This document shows positions 1 to 9,758 of a stretch of 24,000 bases of DNA, one piece after another. The position numbers and the translations under genes were made by a program. Origin of the DNA: an uncultured Methanomassiliicoccales archaeon (GTDB lineage: Archaea > Thermoplasmatota > Thermoplasmata > RBG-16-68-12 > JAJISG01); contig CAYFYB010000005.1 in assembly GCA_964347345.1 (NCBI GenBank), positions 29,547 to 53,546 of the forward strand, read 5' to 3'. Position 1 is the first letter of the stretch, and every line of letters begins with the position of its first letter. A model generated the notes under the pieces. The model ran no database searches. It was not told the DNA's origin and saw nothing but the letters and a program-made list of their open reading frames with translations.

Positions 1-1
1 T

Positions 2-157
2 GTAGCGGCCGTTTCCCTGGACGGGTCTGAGAACGCCGCCCTCTTGGCCATTGAGATCCTGGCCCTCTCGGTCCCTGAGCTCGGGGAGAAGCTGCGGAGC
101 TATCGGGAGAAGGTGGCGGAGGGAGTAGCCCGGGACTCCCGGGAGGTAGGGGGCTAG
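2..157 (+). CDS. purE: N5-carboxyaminoimidazole ribonucleotide mutase (PurE), C-terminal fragment; 5' part lies outside the window
   Basis: Frame-2 translation VAAVSLDGSENAALLAIEILALSVPELGEKLRSYREKVAEGVARDSREVGG* resembles the conserved PurE C-terminus (..G..NAALLA..IL.. followed by an L..YRE helix). Stop TAG 155-157 abuts the ATG of the next purine gene at 158. Not in the ORF track because it is open at the window edge. Confidence 0.6.
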   Translation, partial: VAAVSLDGSENAALLAIEILALSVPELGEKLRSYREKVAEGVARDSREVGG

Positions 158-1102
158 ATGTTCTCACCCGAGGAGTTCATTCCTGAGGCAGTGGAGCATT
201 TGAGGGAGGCCGTCAGTGGAAAGGCCGTCATAGCCGTCTCGGGAGGTGTGGACAGCACGACGGCCGCAGTTCTGGCTGCCAGGGCCTTGGGGAAGGACCT
301 GCTGGCGGTCTACGTCGACACGGGACTGATGAGGATGGGGGAGAGGGAGGACGTGGAGAGAATCCTCGGCACCCTGGGCGTGAACTACACGGTGGTAGAA
401 GCCTCGGATCACTTCTTCAAGGCCCTAGGGGGCATTGACGATCCTGAGGAGAAGAGGAAGGTCATAGGGAACACCTTCATCAGACTCTTCGAAGTGGAGG
501 CCAAGGGGATTGGGGCTGAGTACCTGATCCAGGGCACGATAGCCCCTGACTGGATCGAGAGCGGAGGACAGCTCAGGGACAGGATAAAGACCCATCACAA
601 CGTGGCTGGCCTTCCCTCCGGGATGACCCTCCGGGTGGTGGAGCCCCTGCGAGACCTCTACAAGGACGAGGTGAGGAAGGTGGCAAGGGCTCTAGGAATC
701 CAGGTCTCTGAGAGGCAGCCCTTCCCGGGGCCCGGGCTTGCGGTGAGGGTCTTGGGCGAGGTCACGCCTGAGAAGGTGGACATTATCAGGAGGGCTTGCG
801 CTATCGTAGAGGAGGAACTTGAGAGGGCCTGCGAGAAGGGTGCTATGACAAGGCCCTGGCAGTACTTCGCCGTCCTCCTGCCCCTGAGAACGGTAGGGGT
901 GGAGGGAGACGTGAGGGTTTATGGACATACCGTAGCCATCAGGTCCGTGGAGTCGGTGGACGGTATGACCGCCTCCTATTCGGAGATACCCCACGATGTT
1001 CTGGGTAGAATCTCCACCAGAATAACCAACGAGATAAAGGCCGTAAACCGGGTGGTCTACGACATCACTAACAAACCTCCGGGGACCATCGAGTGGGAGT
1101 AG
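158..1102 (+). CDS. guaAB: GMP synthase [glutamine-hydrolysing] subunit B (ATP pyrophosphatase subunit)
   Basis: 314-aa ORF with the PP-loop motif [12 protein letters not shown] near the N-terminus and a GMP-synthase C-terminal domain ending PPGTIEWE. Size and lack of an amidotransferase domain fit the archaeal split GuaA. Confidence 0.92.
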   Translation: MFSPEEFIPEAVEHLREAVSGKAVIAVSGGVDSTTAAVLAARALGKDLLAVYVDTGLMRMGEREDVERILGTLGVNYTVVEASDHFFKALGGIDDPEEKRKVIGNTFIRLFEVEAKGIGAEYLIQGTIAPDWIESGGQLRDRIKTHHNVAGLPSGMTLRVVEPLRDLYKDEVRKVARALGIQVSERQPFPGPGLAVRVLGEVTPEKVDIIRRACAIVEEELERACEKGAMTRPWQYFAVLLPLRTVGVEGDVRVYGHTVAIRSVESVDGMTASYSEIPHDVLGRISTRITNEIKAVNRVVYDITNKPPGTIEWE

Positions 1103-1148
1103 GCTCGTACCCTAAGGTATTTCTATCGAAGAGCCCTTCGACGGAGAA

Positions 1149-1715
1149 ATGGAGGTCTACGTAGTCGATAACGGTGGCCAGTGGACCCACAGGGAGTGGC
1201 GTGTCCTTCGCGATCTGGGAGTTAACTCGAAGATTGTTCCCAATGATACACCTGTGAACGAGCTTGAGGTGGACGGGCTCGTCCTCTCGGGCGGGGCGCC
1301 CCGCGTCGGCATCGACCCTTCCAAGATGGGGCGGAACGGTGAATACCTGGATGAGGCGGGTTGCCCCATCCTGGGCATCTGCGCCGGCCATCAGTTCATG
1401 GCCCTTCATTTCGGCGGTGAGGCCAAGCCCGCCAAAGTCCCTGAGTTCGGGAAAACTGAGGTGGTCATAGAGGACCCCGGAGACCTCTTCGTCGGCCTTC
1501 CAAACAGGATCGTCGTCTGGGAGTCCCACAATGACGAGGTCACCATACCGCCGAAGGGTTTCAAGAAGTTGGCAAGCTCGGAGAACTGTGCGGTTCAGGC
1601 CATGCAGCACGTCGACAGGGCCCTCTACGGCGTGCAATTTCACCCCGAGGTGGAGCATACCCAGCACGGCTATGATATCTTCAAGAACTTCCTGAAGGTT
1701 GTCGAGGAGCGATGA
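1149..1715 (+). CDS. guaAA: GMP synthase [glutamine-hydrolysing] subunit A (class I glutamine amidotransferase)
   Basis: 188-aa ORF with nucleophile-elbow GICAGHQ and catalytic His/Glu in QFHPEVEH. Lies immediately downstream of subunit B. Confidence 0.9.
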   Translation: MEVYVVDNGGQWTHREWRVLRDLGVNSKIVPNDTPVNELEVDGLVLSGGAPRVGIDPSKMGRNGEYLDEAGCPILGICAGHQFMALHFGGEAKPAKVPEFGKTEVVIEDPGDLFVGLPNRIVVWESHNDEVTIPPKGFKKLASSENCAVQAMQHVDRALYGVQFHPEVEHTQHGYDIFKNFLKVVEER

Positions 1716-1748
1716 ACTCCTCGGTTGAAGTTAGGGGGAACTAGGGGT

Positions 1749-1961
1749 ATGGTTTCGGAAGAAAGAGCGCGAATCCTCATGGAAGCCATCAAGGACCTCC
1801 ACAAGAACGAGACCTTCGAGAGGGCCCTGGGCCGCACCCTGCGCCGTCACGGCCAGGAATATGAGGAGTATCTTCAGCTAGTGGGGGACCTCAGGGAGAA
1901 GGCAAGGCGGGAAGGCGTTGACATTTTAGAGGCGGCGCGGAGGGAGGCGTCAGCGGTCTAG
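1749..1961 (+). CDS. small hypothetical helical protein (70 aa)
   Basis: ATG at 1749 preceded by a G-rich stretch (gggggaactagggGT). Product MVSEERARILMEAIKDLHKNETFERALG... is charged and helical. No family recognised. The 3' end overlaps the convergent dehydrogenase gene by 12 nt. Confidence 0.4.
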   Translation: MVSEERARILMEAIKDLHKNETFERALGRTLRRHGQEYEEYLQLVGDLREKARREGVDILEAARREASAV

Positions 1962-2897
1962 GACCTCTCGATTGATCAGGGACTCCGGCACCTGACTGGA
2001 AAGGGCCTTGACGACCTGTTCCACGGCCATAAGCCCCGTCCTCCTCTGAGCCTCCCGGGTGGATGCACCGAGGTGGGGGGTCAGCACTACGTTGTCGAGC
2101 CCGAGGAGGGGACTCCCCAAAGGTGGCTCCTTTTCGTAGACATCCAGTCCCGCTCCCGCTAGCAGTCCTTCCGTGAGAGCTCTTGCCAGGGCTTCCTCGT
2201 CCACGATGGGGCCCCGGGCGCAGTTGATCAGGTAGGCAGTTCTCTTCATCTTCTGTAGCTGAGGATAGGATATCATGTGGCGGGTCTCCTCCGTGAGGGC
2301 CGCGTGGATGCTCACGAAATCGCTCACCCGAAGCACCTCCTCCAGGGTCGTTAGCCGTATGTTCTTTTCAGACGCCGCCTCCTTTGGCAGATAGGGATCA
2401 AAGGCCACTACTGACATTCCCAGGGTCTGACAGAAGATTGCCACCTGACTGCCAATCCTCCCAGAACCCACCAGGCCCAGGACCTTGCCGCAGAGCTCCG
2501 ATCCCTTGAGCCGGCTCTTCTCCCATCGACCCTCCTTAAGGCTCGCGTTGGCCTCAGGGATTCTTCGGGCGAGACAGAGCATGAGAGCCAGGGTCAGTTC
2601 CGCCACCGACTGAGTGCTACCGGCGGGGGCATTAACCACCATGATTCCCCTCTCGGTGGCCACCTCGACGTCAATATTGTCCACGCCAACGCCCGCCCGC
2701 GCAACCACCTTCATCTTCGTAGCCCTCTCCAGGACCTCTCGGGTCACCTTCGTCCTAGACCTGACGATTAAGGCTTCGTAGCCTGAGACCACCTTCAGGA
2801 GCTCCTCCGGGGATACCTCCTCAGCCGTCACCTCGAAGTGTTTCCTCAAGGCGTTGAGGGCCTCGTCATCCAGCTTGTCTGCCACCATCACCTTCAT
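1950..2897 (-). CDS. D-3-phosphoglycerate dehydrogenase-like D-isomer-specific 2-hydroxyacid dehydrogenase (short form, no ACT domain)
   Basis: 315 aa. The N-terminal half aligns by eye with SerA ([43 protein letters not shown]). NAD-binding [13 protein letters not shown] and catalytic-region TPHLGAST are present. Length shows the regulatory ACT domain is absent. Confidence 0.85.
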   Translation of the reverse strand: MKVMVADKLDDEALNALRKHFEVTAEEVSPEELLKVVSGYEALIVRSRTKVTREVLERATKMKVVARAGVGVDNIDVEVATERGIMVVNAPAGSTQSVAELTLALMLCLARRIPEANASLKEGRWEKSRLKGSELCGKVLGLVGSGRIGSQVAIFCQTLGMSVVAFDPYLPKEAASEKNIRLTTLEEVLRVSDFVSIHAALTEETRHMISYPQLQKMKRTAYLINCARGPIVDEEALARALTEGLLAGAGLDVYEKEPPLGSPLLGLDNVVLTPHLGASTREAQRRTGLMAVEQVVKALSSQVPESLINREVLDR

Positions 2898-2909
2898 CCG
2901 AAAACCTCC

Positions 2910-3329
2910 TCATGAGAGTAGGAACAGGAAGAGAAGAGCCACCGTGAGGACAACAGCGAGGGCGAGCATGGCGGTGGTTATCTTAACATCGGAGCCGAAA
3001 ACCACCGGGATGGGACCCAGCAAGAGAAAGCCACCGAACCGTCGCTTCCTTACCTTCGGCTCCAATTGCTCCGTGGATCGGGGCGTCCTCTCCAGACCTT
3101 CGAGGGCAGCCCCTAGCCTCCCCGAGAAGAATCCCGCTAGGGACAAGAAAGCAACGAAGGCGGACACGAAGATCAGAAGCGCTCCGAGGAGCGATACAGG
3201 ACCGCTGAGGACGAATACCGGGAATACAACAACGAGGTACACTTCGCCCTGCCCCATCCTGATGCCCTGATACAGGAGGGCGGCCCCGACTATGAACATC
3301 AGGATGGAGAGGAGGGACGACCCTCTCAT
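2910..3329 (-). CDS. DUF131/TIGR00304-type small integral membrane protein
   Basis: 139 aa with about 4 hydrophobic helices. The C-terminal segment FGGFLLLGPIPVVFGSD matches my recollection of the (G)PIP(I/V)VFGS signature of the archaeal DUF131 family. Sits between carB and the dehydrogenase on the same strand. Confidence 0.6.
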   Translation of the reverse strand: MRGSSLLSILMFIVGAALLYQGIRMGQGEVYLVVVFPVFVLSGPVSLLGALLIFVSAFVAFLSLAGFFSGRLGAALEGLERTPRSTEQLEPKVRKRRFGGFLLLGPIPVVFGSDVKITTAMLALAVVLTVALLFLFLLS

Positions 3330-3355
3330 CGATGCGAGTAGCGGAGGGGACTCCT

Positions 3356-6300
3356 TTAACCTTTTCCTGGGACAGGAGCGTATTCGGAGATTGGTTTGAC
3401 GGATAGGTTCCCGCTCTTCGCCCTCTCTATGGCTTCCACCGCAGCCCTGGCCGCCTCTAGGGTCGTGATGAAGGGGATGTTCAGATCCACTGCGAGCCGT
3501 CTCATCATAAAGCCATCCCTCCTGGCTCCGGAGGTCTCCGTAGGCGTGTTAATTATCAGGTGAATGGCTCCGCCTCGCATCAGGCTGATGGCGTCAGGCT
3601 GCATAGCCTCGCTGATCCTGTACACGGTCTCCACGGGGATCCCCGCCTCCCGGAGGGTGGAAGCTGTCCCCTTGGTGGCGAATATCCGCAGTCCCAGGGC
3701 TGCGAAGCGGGAGGCTATCTCGACGACGTGGGGCTGATCCTCGTCCCTCACGGTAATGTAAACCGATCCGTTCAAGGGTAGGCTGCTGCCCCCGGCAATC
3801 AGGGCCTTGTAGTAGGCCTTTCCGAGATTGGAATCGAGGCCTATCACCTCCCCTGTTGACTTCATCTCCGGCCCCAGAATGCTGTCCACGCCCGGCAACT
3901 TCTGAAAGGGGAAGACAGGGACCTTGACTGCCACATGTTTTACCTTCGCTTCGCCCACATAACCTAGGTCCCTGAGCTTGTGGCCCAACATGACCTTCGT
4001 GGCCACCTTGGCGAGGGGTACTCCGATGGCCTTCGAAACGTAGGGCACCGTCCTGCTGGCCCTGGGATTGGCTTCGAGGACGTACACTGTCCCATCCTTG
4101 ACGGCCAGCTGCAGGTTGATGAGGCCTACCACCCTCAGACCTTTGCATATCTTCTCGGTAATGCTCCTTATCTCCGCCAGGATCTCGGTCGACATGGTCT
4201 GAGGAGGGAGGACGCAGGCCGCGTCCCCGGAATGGACCCCTGCCTCCTCGATATGCTCCTGTATCCCGCCTATGAATACGTCCTCCCCGTCACACAGCGC
4301 GTCCACGTCCACCTCCACCGCATGGGTGAGAAACTTGTCCACCAAGATGGGGTGGTCCCTGGAAACCTCTACTGCCCTCCTCATTAGCCTCTCCAACTCC
4401 CCTTCGCTGTGGACCACCTCCATCCCTCTCCCGCCCAGGACGTAGGAGGGTCTGACCAAGACGGGATATCCGATGCTGGAGGCGATCTCCCTCACATCCT
4501 CGAAGGAGTAGCCGGTAGCGAAAGGAGGCTGTTCGATGCCTAGCTCCTTGAGGAGGCTGGAGAAGCGGGCCCGATCCTCGGCCTTGTCTATGGAATCGGG
4601 AGATGTGCCCAGGATACGCGTGGGGATTCCCCTTCCCTCAATGGCCTCTTGGAGGGGAACGGCCAGGTTGACGGACGTCTGACCCCCGAACTGCAGGATG
4701 ACCCCTTCCGGCTGCTCCAGCTCGATGACGTTGAGGACATCCTCGAGGGTCAGGGGGTCGAAGTAGAGGCGGTCCGAGACGTCGAAGTCCGTGGAGACCG
4801 TCTCGGGATTGCTGTTGATGATGATGGCCACGCATCCCTCCTCACGGAGGGCCATGACGCCATGGACGCAGCAGCCGTCGAACTCAATGCCTTGGGATAT
4901 GCGAATTGGGCCAGAGCCGACGATGAGTACCTTGCGACCTGAAGCCGGCGACAACTCGTTGGCATCCCCGTGGGTGGAGTAGTAGTAGGGAGTGGTGGCC
5001 TCGAACTCGCCCGCGCAGGTGTCCACGACCTTGAAGCAGGCCCTTTTCCTGAGCCTCTCCACCTCCTCCCGACTCGAGCCCGCGAGGAGCGCGATGTAAT
5101 CATCGGGAAGACCGGAGGCCTTGGCCCGCTGCACGTTGGTGGAGGTGAGGCCCTCTCTACGGAGGGAGGTCTCCAGCGCCACCAGCCTCCTTATCCTCTC
5201 CAGGAAGAAGGGATCCCAAAGGGTCAGGGCTGCCACCCTTTCCACCGGGTATTCCCTCCGGAAGGCCTCAGCTATGGCGAAGATCCTCATGTCCGTGGGC
5301 CGCTGCAGTTCCTCCACGAGGGCCGATTCTTCCAGCTCCTCAGGCTCCAGCCCCACCTTTCCCACCTCCAGGGACCGTATGGCCTTCATGAGGGACTCCT
5401 CGAAGGTCCTGCCGATGGCCATGACCTCTCCCGTGGACTTCATCTGGGTGCCGAGTCTCTTGTCGACCATGGGGAACTTGTCGAAGGGCCAACGGGGGAT
5501 CTTGGTTACCACATAGTCCAGGGAAGGCTCGAAGGAGGCCAGGGTTTTCTGGGTGACCTGGTTCGGTATCTCGTCGAGCCTTAGACCCACAGCAATCTTG
5601 GCCGCGATGCGAGCTATTGGATAACCGGTGGCCTTGGATGCCAGGGCTGAGGATCGGGAGACGCGGGGGTTGACCTCGATGACCCTGTACTCGTAGGTCT
5701 CAGGGTGGACGGCAAACTGGATGTTGCATCCGCCCTCGATGCCCAGGGCCCTGATTATCTTGAGAGCGGCGCTCCGAAGGATCTGGTGGTCCCTGTCCCT
5801 GAGGGTCTGGGCCGGGGCCACGACGATGCTCTCCCCCGTATGGAGACCCATGGGGTCCAGGTTCTCCATGGAGCAGACAGTGATGCAGTTGTCCGCCCCG
5901 TCCCGCATCACCTCGTACTCGTACTCCTTCCAGCCCAGGACACATTCTTCCACCAGAACCTGGTGGATCCTGGAATAGGCTAGGCCTATGGAGACGACTC
6001 TCTCAAGATCCTCCTGGCTGGAGATGATGCCGCTACCCGTACCACCGAGGGTGTAGGCGGCCCTCACGATGACGGGCAGGCCGCCTAGCTCATGGACCGC
6101 TCGTCTGGCCTCTTCCAGACTGCTGCATGAAAAGCTCCTCGGAATGGGCTCTCCTATCTTTCTCATAAGAGAGGCGAAGGAGTTGCGATTCTCGGAGGCC
6201 TCGATGGCCGCCAGCCTTGTCCCCAGTATTTCCACGCCGTAGCGCTCCAACACGCCTCTCTCCGCCAGCTCGGAGCAGAGGTTCAGGGCTGTCTGGCCTC

Positions 6301-6609
6301 CCATGCCTGAAAGGACGCCCTGAGGCCTTTCCCGCTGGATAATCTTCTCCAGGAAGGATGGCTCCAGAGGCTCCAGGTATACGGCATCCGCCATGTCTGG
6401 GTCCGTCATGATGGTGGCAGGGTTGGAGTTGACGAGGACGACCTTGATGCCCTCCTCTCGCAGTGCCCTGCAGGCCTGGCTCCCGGAGTAGTCGAATTGC
6501 CGTTCCCTCAGTATCCTGAGGAAATTTCGGCCGCCTGTCCGATCACCACCGGCCCGGAGCCTATGACCAGGACCTTCTCTAAGTCCGCCCTCCTAGGCGA
6601 CGGCCTCAC
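3356..6609 (-). CDS. carB: carbamoyl-phosphate synthase large subunit, interrupted by a 29-nt element. Coding parts are 6609..6526 (28 codons) and 6496..3356, joining to 1074 codons.
   Basis: The 1017-aa ORF (3356-6409) is unmistakably CarB, with two ATP-grasp halves and the MGS-like C-terminus, but starts at [15 protein letters not shown] and so lacks the conserved N-terminus. The missing part is present upstream. GTG at 6609 overlaps the carA stop (GTGA) and encodes [28 protein letters not shown]. After a 29-nt insert, [33 protein letters not shown] continues in the main frame. Read straight through, the 5' piece ends at TGA 6508-6510. Confidence 0.9.
6497..6525 (-). other. 29-nt intervening element inside carB with bulge-helix-bulge geometry (candidate archaeal mRNA intron)
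   Basis: mRNA sense: GCG[GCCG](AA^A)[UUUCCUCAG]GAUA[CUGAGGGAA][CGGC](AA^U)UCGAC. It has a 4-bp helix GCCG/CGGC, 3-nt bulges on opposite strands, and a 9-bp inner stem (one G.U) with a GAUA loop. Removing the 29 nt restores GCC GAA UUC GAC (A-E-F-D) in frame. Confidence 0.55.
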
Positions 6610-7703
6610 CTCCTGTTGGCCTCAGCGTGGCTTTCCACCTCCCTCACAAACTCTCTGAAGATGTATTTGCTGTCATGGGGACCTGGGCTCGCCTCTGGAT
6701 GATACTGCACGGATAGCACTGGGAGTGCCTCATGCCGGAAGCCCTCCACGGTCCTGTCGTTGAGGTTGAGGTGGGTCACCCGCAATTCCTCCCCCAGGCT
6801 TTCCTGCGATATGGCGAAGCCGTGATTCTGAGAGGTGATGTAGACCCTGTCCTTGTCAATGTCGTGGACCGGCTGATTGCCCCCTCGATGGCCAAATTTC
6901 AGCTTGTAGGTCTTGGCCCCAAAGGCCAGTCCGAGGAGCTGGTGACCCAGACATATGCCGAGGATTGGGAAGTCCTCCGCCAGTCGCTTGAGGGTTGGCA
7001 CGACGGAGGAGAGCATCTCCGGGTGGGCGGGGTCTCCAGGACCGTTGGAAACCAAGACTCCGTGGGGCTCCCACGCGGATATCTCATCCGCCGAGGTGGT
7101 GTAAGGAACCTGAAGGACCTCCCCATAGTCCAGCAGGTTGGAGAGGATGCTTCCCTTGACACCGCAGTCCACCAGGACAAACCTCAAGGGCCCTCTCCCC
7201 GGATGGCGGATGGGACGGGAGCATGTGACCCTCTCCACCAGGTTGTAGGCGTCAGGAAAGGGACGGGACCTCACCTCCTCCAGGAGTTCGTCCGCATCGG
7301 CCCCCTCGGTGGAGAGAGCCGCCCTAACGGTGCCGTGGACCCTTGTCTTGATCGTCAGCTCTCGGGTGTCGAGACCCTCAATCCCAGGGATGTCCTCCCT
7401 CGCGAGAAAATCATCCAGACTCATGTCCGAACTCGGGTGGGAGGGACCCCTCCAGAGCTCCTTGATAACGAAACCTTCCACCTGAATCTGGCGGGATTCC
7501 AAGGTGTCGAGATCGACGCCATAGTTTCCAATGAGAGGGTAGGTCATCATTAGGATCTGGCCGCAGTAGGAAGGGTCCGTCAGGGCCTCACAGTAGCCCG
7601 TCATGTTGGTGTTGAAGACCAGCTCGCCGAAAACTGTGGCCTTGGCCCCAAAGGAAGGCCCTCTAGCCATCTTCCCGTCCTCGAGGACTAGGACGCCTTC
7701 CAT
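6606..7703 (-). CDS. carA: carbamoyl-phosphate synthase small subunit (glutamine amidotransferase)
   Basis: 365 aa. CPSase small-chain N-domain ([18 protein letters not shown]...[17 protein letters not shown]), then a GATase domain with GICLGHQ and [12 protein letters not shown]. Stop codon overlaps the carB GTG start. Confidence 0.93.
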   Translation of the reverse strand: MEGVLVLEDGKMARGPSFGAKATVFGELVFNTNMTGYCEALTDPSYCGQILMMTYPLIGNYGVDLDTLESRQIQVEGFVIKELWRGPSHPSSDMSLDDFLAREDIPGIEGLDTRELTIKTRVHGTVRAALSTEGADADELLEEVRSRPFPDAYNLVERVTCSRPIRHPGRGPLRFVLVDCGVKGSILSNLLDYGEVLQVPYTTSADEISAWEPHGVLVSNGPGDPAHPEMLSSVVPTLKRLAEDFPILGICLGHQLLGLAFGAKTYKLKFGHRGGNQPVHDIDKDRVYITSQNHGFAISQESLGEELRVTHLNLNDRTVEGFRHEALPVLSVQYHPEASPGPHDSKYIFREFVREVESHAEANRR

Positions 7704-7788
7704 CCAAAGACCTTGAGGGTATACAAAGGCCGACTTATTAGGCTTTTGACCGTGTCAGAGTTTCCATCGATTGTCTGCCCCTTCGGTA

Positions 7789-8265
7789 CTATTCTCGTCG
7801 CCGGGTCAGGGCCTCGTATTCCTCCACCTTCTTTGTCATTCTTTCCCAGTGGCTGCCCTGCCAGTAGTACTTCCCGCAGCCCGGACACCTCCAGAACTCC
7901 TCCTGGCGGGCATAGACCCCCGCTGGGACCTTGCCCTGTGCTTCCGCCTTGGACACTCTGGCGAGGACATCGTTACACACGGGGCATCGACTCATGGGGT
8001 CTTCGATGGTGAGGCTCATCTCCTGCAGGACCTGCCCCATCTGCTCGTCAAGGAGGTCGCTGGAGATGTACACCGTCTTGATGCCCTTCCTGTTGCCAAG
8101 GTCCTTGTCCCTGGTCAGCAGAACCCTCCCCTCCTGGCTCGCGAGAGACACAAGGTCATCGTCCCCAAGGGGCCCTGGATAGGAGGCGTCGAAGCCGAGT
8201 ATGCGAAGCCATCGGGCCAGGGTTCCCAGCATGTGGTCACAGAGGAACTTGGGAATACTCCCCAT
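7789..8265 (-). CDS. Mut7-C RNase domain (DUF82) protein with C-terminal zinc ribbon
   Basis: Product MGSIPKFLCDHMLGTLARWLRILGFDASY...LLTRDKDL...CPVCNDVL...RCPGCGKYYWQGSHWERM matches the Mut7-C/DUF82 pattern: PIN-like N-domain plus CxxC...CxxC...YWxGSHW. I chose ATG 8265, 1 nt after the stop of the upstream gene, over the track's 8313 start, which would overlap that gene. Confidence 0.8.
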   Translation of the reverse strand: MGSIPKFLCDHMLGTLARWLRILGFDASYPGPLGDDDLVSLASQEGRVLLTRDKDLGNRKGIKTVYISSDLLDEQMGQVLQEMSLTIEDPMSRCPVCNDVLARVSKAEAQGKVPAGVYARQEEFWRCPGCGKYYWQGSHWERMTKKVEEYEALTRRRE

Positions 8266-8266
8266 T

Positions 8267-8920
8267 TCAGTCCTCCCTGGACTCAGGATGAAAGGTGAGC
8301 AGAATCCCTCCACCGAGGATTGTGACCTCCCGCAGCCTCATCCTCAGCAGGTCCTCGACGTCAGTCGCGGTGGCCCCTGAGAAGAGACTGGGCGCTTCCA
8401 CATCGCCCAGTACCACAGGAGCGATGTAGACGTGGAGGAGGTCCACAAGTCCTCCTCTGAGGAAGGACCAGGCCACCGTCCCACCTCCCTCCACGAGGAG
8501 CTTTTGGACACCTCTCTGCTCCAGGGCCCTCAGGAGACCCGGGAGATTCACCCTCCCCTTGCCACAGCGCAGGACCTCCGCTCTTGGGAATTCGCGGGTG
8601 CAGTCCTCGGAGGTCACCACTAGGGTCTCCGCTCTGCCGTCTAGGATCGAGGAGTTCTCCGGAAGGCGACCGTTGGAGTCGAGGACCACCCGGAGAGGGT
8701 TTCTGGCTCCAGGGACGAGTTCCTCCTTGACCGTCAGCTTTGGATCGTCGGCCAAGACCGTTTCCACGCCCACCATGACGGCATGGCACTCGCTCCTTAA
8801 CTGGTGGACCCGGGCGAAGTCCTCTTCGGAGGAGAGCTTCAGGGGCTTCTTGCCTCGAAGGGCGATCTTGCCGTCCAAGGACGAGGCCATGTTGAGTATG
8901 ACGTAGGGTCTGCCCTTCAC
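8267..8920 (-). CDS. 2,5-diamino-6-(ribosylamino)-4(3H)-pyrimidinone 5'-phosphate reductase (archaeal RibD C-terminal-domain type, riboflavin/F420 pathway)
   Basis: 217 aa with a GTG start. RPYVILNMASSLDGKIA...FARVHQLRSECHAVMVGVETVLADDPKLTVK...LLVEGGGTVAWSFL is the typical RibD_C/DHFR-like reductase pattern of the archaeal enzyme. Confidence 0.85.
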   Translation of the reverse strand: MKGRPYVILNMASSLDGKIALRGKKPLKLSSEEDFARVHQLRSECHAVMVGVETVLADDPKLTVKEELVPGARNPLRVVLDSNGRLPENSSILDGRAETLVVTSEDCTREFPRAEVLRCGKGRVNLPGLLRALEQRGVQKLLVEGGGTVAWSFLRGGLVDLLHVYIAPVVLGDVEAPSLFSGATATDVEDLLRMRLREVTILGGGILLTFHPESRED

Positions 8921-8974
8921 GAGATGGCATAAGGAGTGGGAAGATTAAGCCTTGGTGGGGCCATCCCGTGATAG

Positions 8975-8981
8975 TTTAATA
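8975..8981 (+). promoter_or_regulatory. TATA-like box (TTTAATA) for the PAC2-family gene; spacing implies a leaderless or near-leaderless mRNA
   Basis: TTTAATA ends 24 nt before ATG 9006. It lies in the 85-nt divergent intergenic region. Confidence 0.35.
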
Positions 8982-9005
8982 CGTGGGGCATCGATAACCC
9001 GAGGG

Positions 9006-9758
9006 ATGGAGAGGGCTGAGATTCACCTCCTCAAGGAGGTCGACCTTCAAGGTTCGACCCTCATCGACGGCTTTCCCAGCGTGGGCCTCGTCAGCTCCAT
9101 CGTAGCCAACTACTTGGTGGAGATCCTTGAACTTGAACAGATTGGGATCATGGACTCCCCCCGCTTCCCCACCGTAGCCCTGGTGAAGGATGGTATCCCC
9201 CTCAATCCGGTCCGCGTCTACGCGGGAGGCCGAGAAGGCCGCAAGATCGCCATCTTCATCTCGGAGTTTCAGCCTCCCATGGACCTGATCAAGGGCATCG
9301 GAGAGACCGTGCTGGACTGGGCCCTGGAGAAGGGGTGCACCCTCCTCATCTGCCCAGAGGGGCTCATCGTGGAGAGGGAAGAGGGGGTGGAAGTTCAATT
9401 CCAGGTATATGGGATAGGTAGCACGCCCAAGGCCCACGGGATGCTAGTGGAGCATGGGGTGCCCATCTTCGAGGAGGGCGTAATCACGGGCGTCGCCGGG
9501 GTGCTGCTGAACGAGGGGAGGAAGAGGGGGTTCGACGTCGTGGGGTTGCTCTCGGAGGCCCATCCCGACTATCCCGACGCAAGGGCCGCCGCTAGGGTCA
9601 TCGAGACGGTGGACAGGCTCCTTCTGAAGATGAATCTGGATACTGGACCCCTGTACCAAGAGGCGGAGAGGATTGAGGAGCAGCTCAAGAGCATACACCG
9701 GAGGACGGAGGTAATCCGGAGGCCTGAGGGGCCTACAAGGCCCTCGATGTACGGGTAG
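9006..9758 (+). CDS. PAC2 (proteasome assembly chaperone 2)-family protein / COG1938-type archaeal protein
   Basis: 250 aa from ATG 9006. LIDGFPSVGLVSSIVANYLVE...GIMDS..FP... is the N-terminal signature I associate with the PAC2/DUF75 family. The track start at 8952 adds 18 non-conserved-looking residues. Confidence 0.65.
   Translation: MERAEIHLLKEVDLQGSTLIDGFPSVGLVSSIVANYLVEILELEQIGIMDSPRFPTVALVKDGIPLNPVRVYAGGREGRKIAIFISEFQPPMDLIKGIGETVLDWALEKGCTLLICPEGLIVEREEGVEVQFQVYGIGSTPKAHGMLVEHGVPIFEEGVITGVAGVLLNEGRKRGFDVVGLLSEAHPDYPDARAAARVIETVDRLLLKMNLDTGPLYQEAERIEEQLKSIHRRTEVIRRPEGPTRPSMYG

Noticed and set aside
1068-1667. 199-aa ORF on the minus strand.
   Set aside because: Antisense to guaAA, whose amidotransferase triad motifs are clear.
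3560-5983. About a dozen 60-200-aa ORFs on both strands within carB.
   Set aside because: All are alternate or antisense frames of a 1000+-aa gene with unambiguous CarB homology.
6497-6525. Alternative explanations for the carB interruption: programmed ribosomal frameshift or translational bypass (hop).
   Set aside because: A 29-nt gap is not resolved by a +1/-1 shift. For a hop, the take-off codon GAA has no matching landing codon immediately before UUC (it is CAA), and the stop codon is 6 codons after the junction rather than adjacent. Plain pseudogenisation or an assembly artefact cannot be excluded from sequence alone and is listed as a refutation route in the finding.
6732-7553. 273-aa ORF on the plus strand, plus several 60-100-aa ORFs in 6856-7180.
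   Set aside because: Antisense or alternate frames of carA. No motifs, and the sequence is shadow-ORF-like.
8361-8930. 189-aa minus-strand ORF in an alternate frame of the riboflavin-pathway reductase gene.
   Set aside because: Its R/G/P-rich product overlaps a frame that has clear RibD_C-type motifs.
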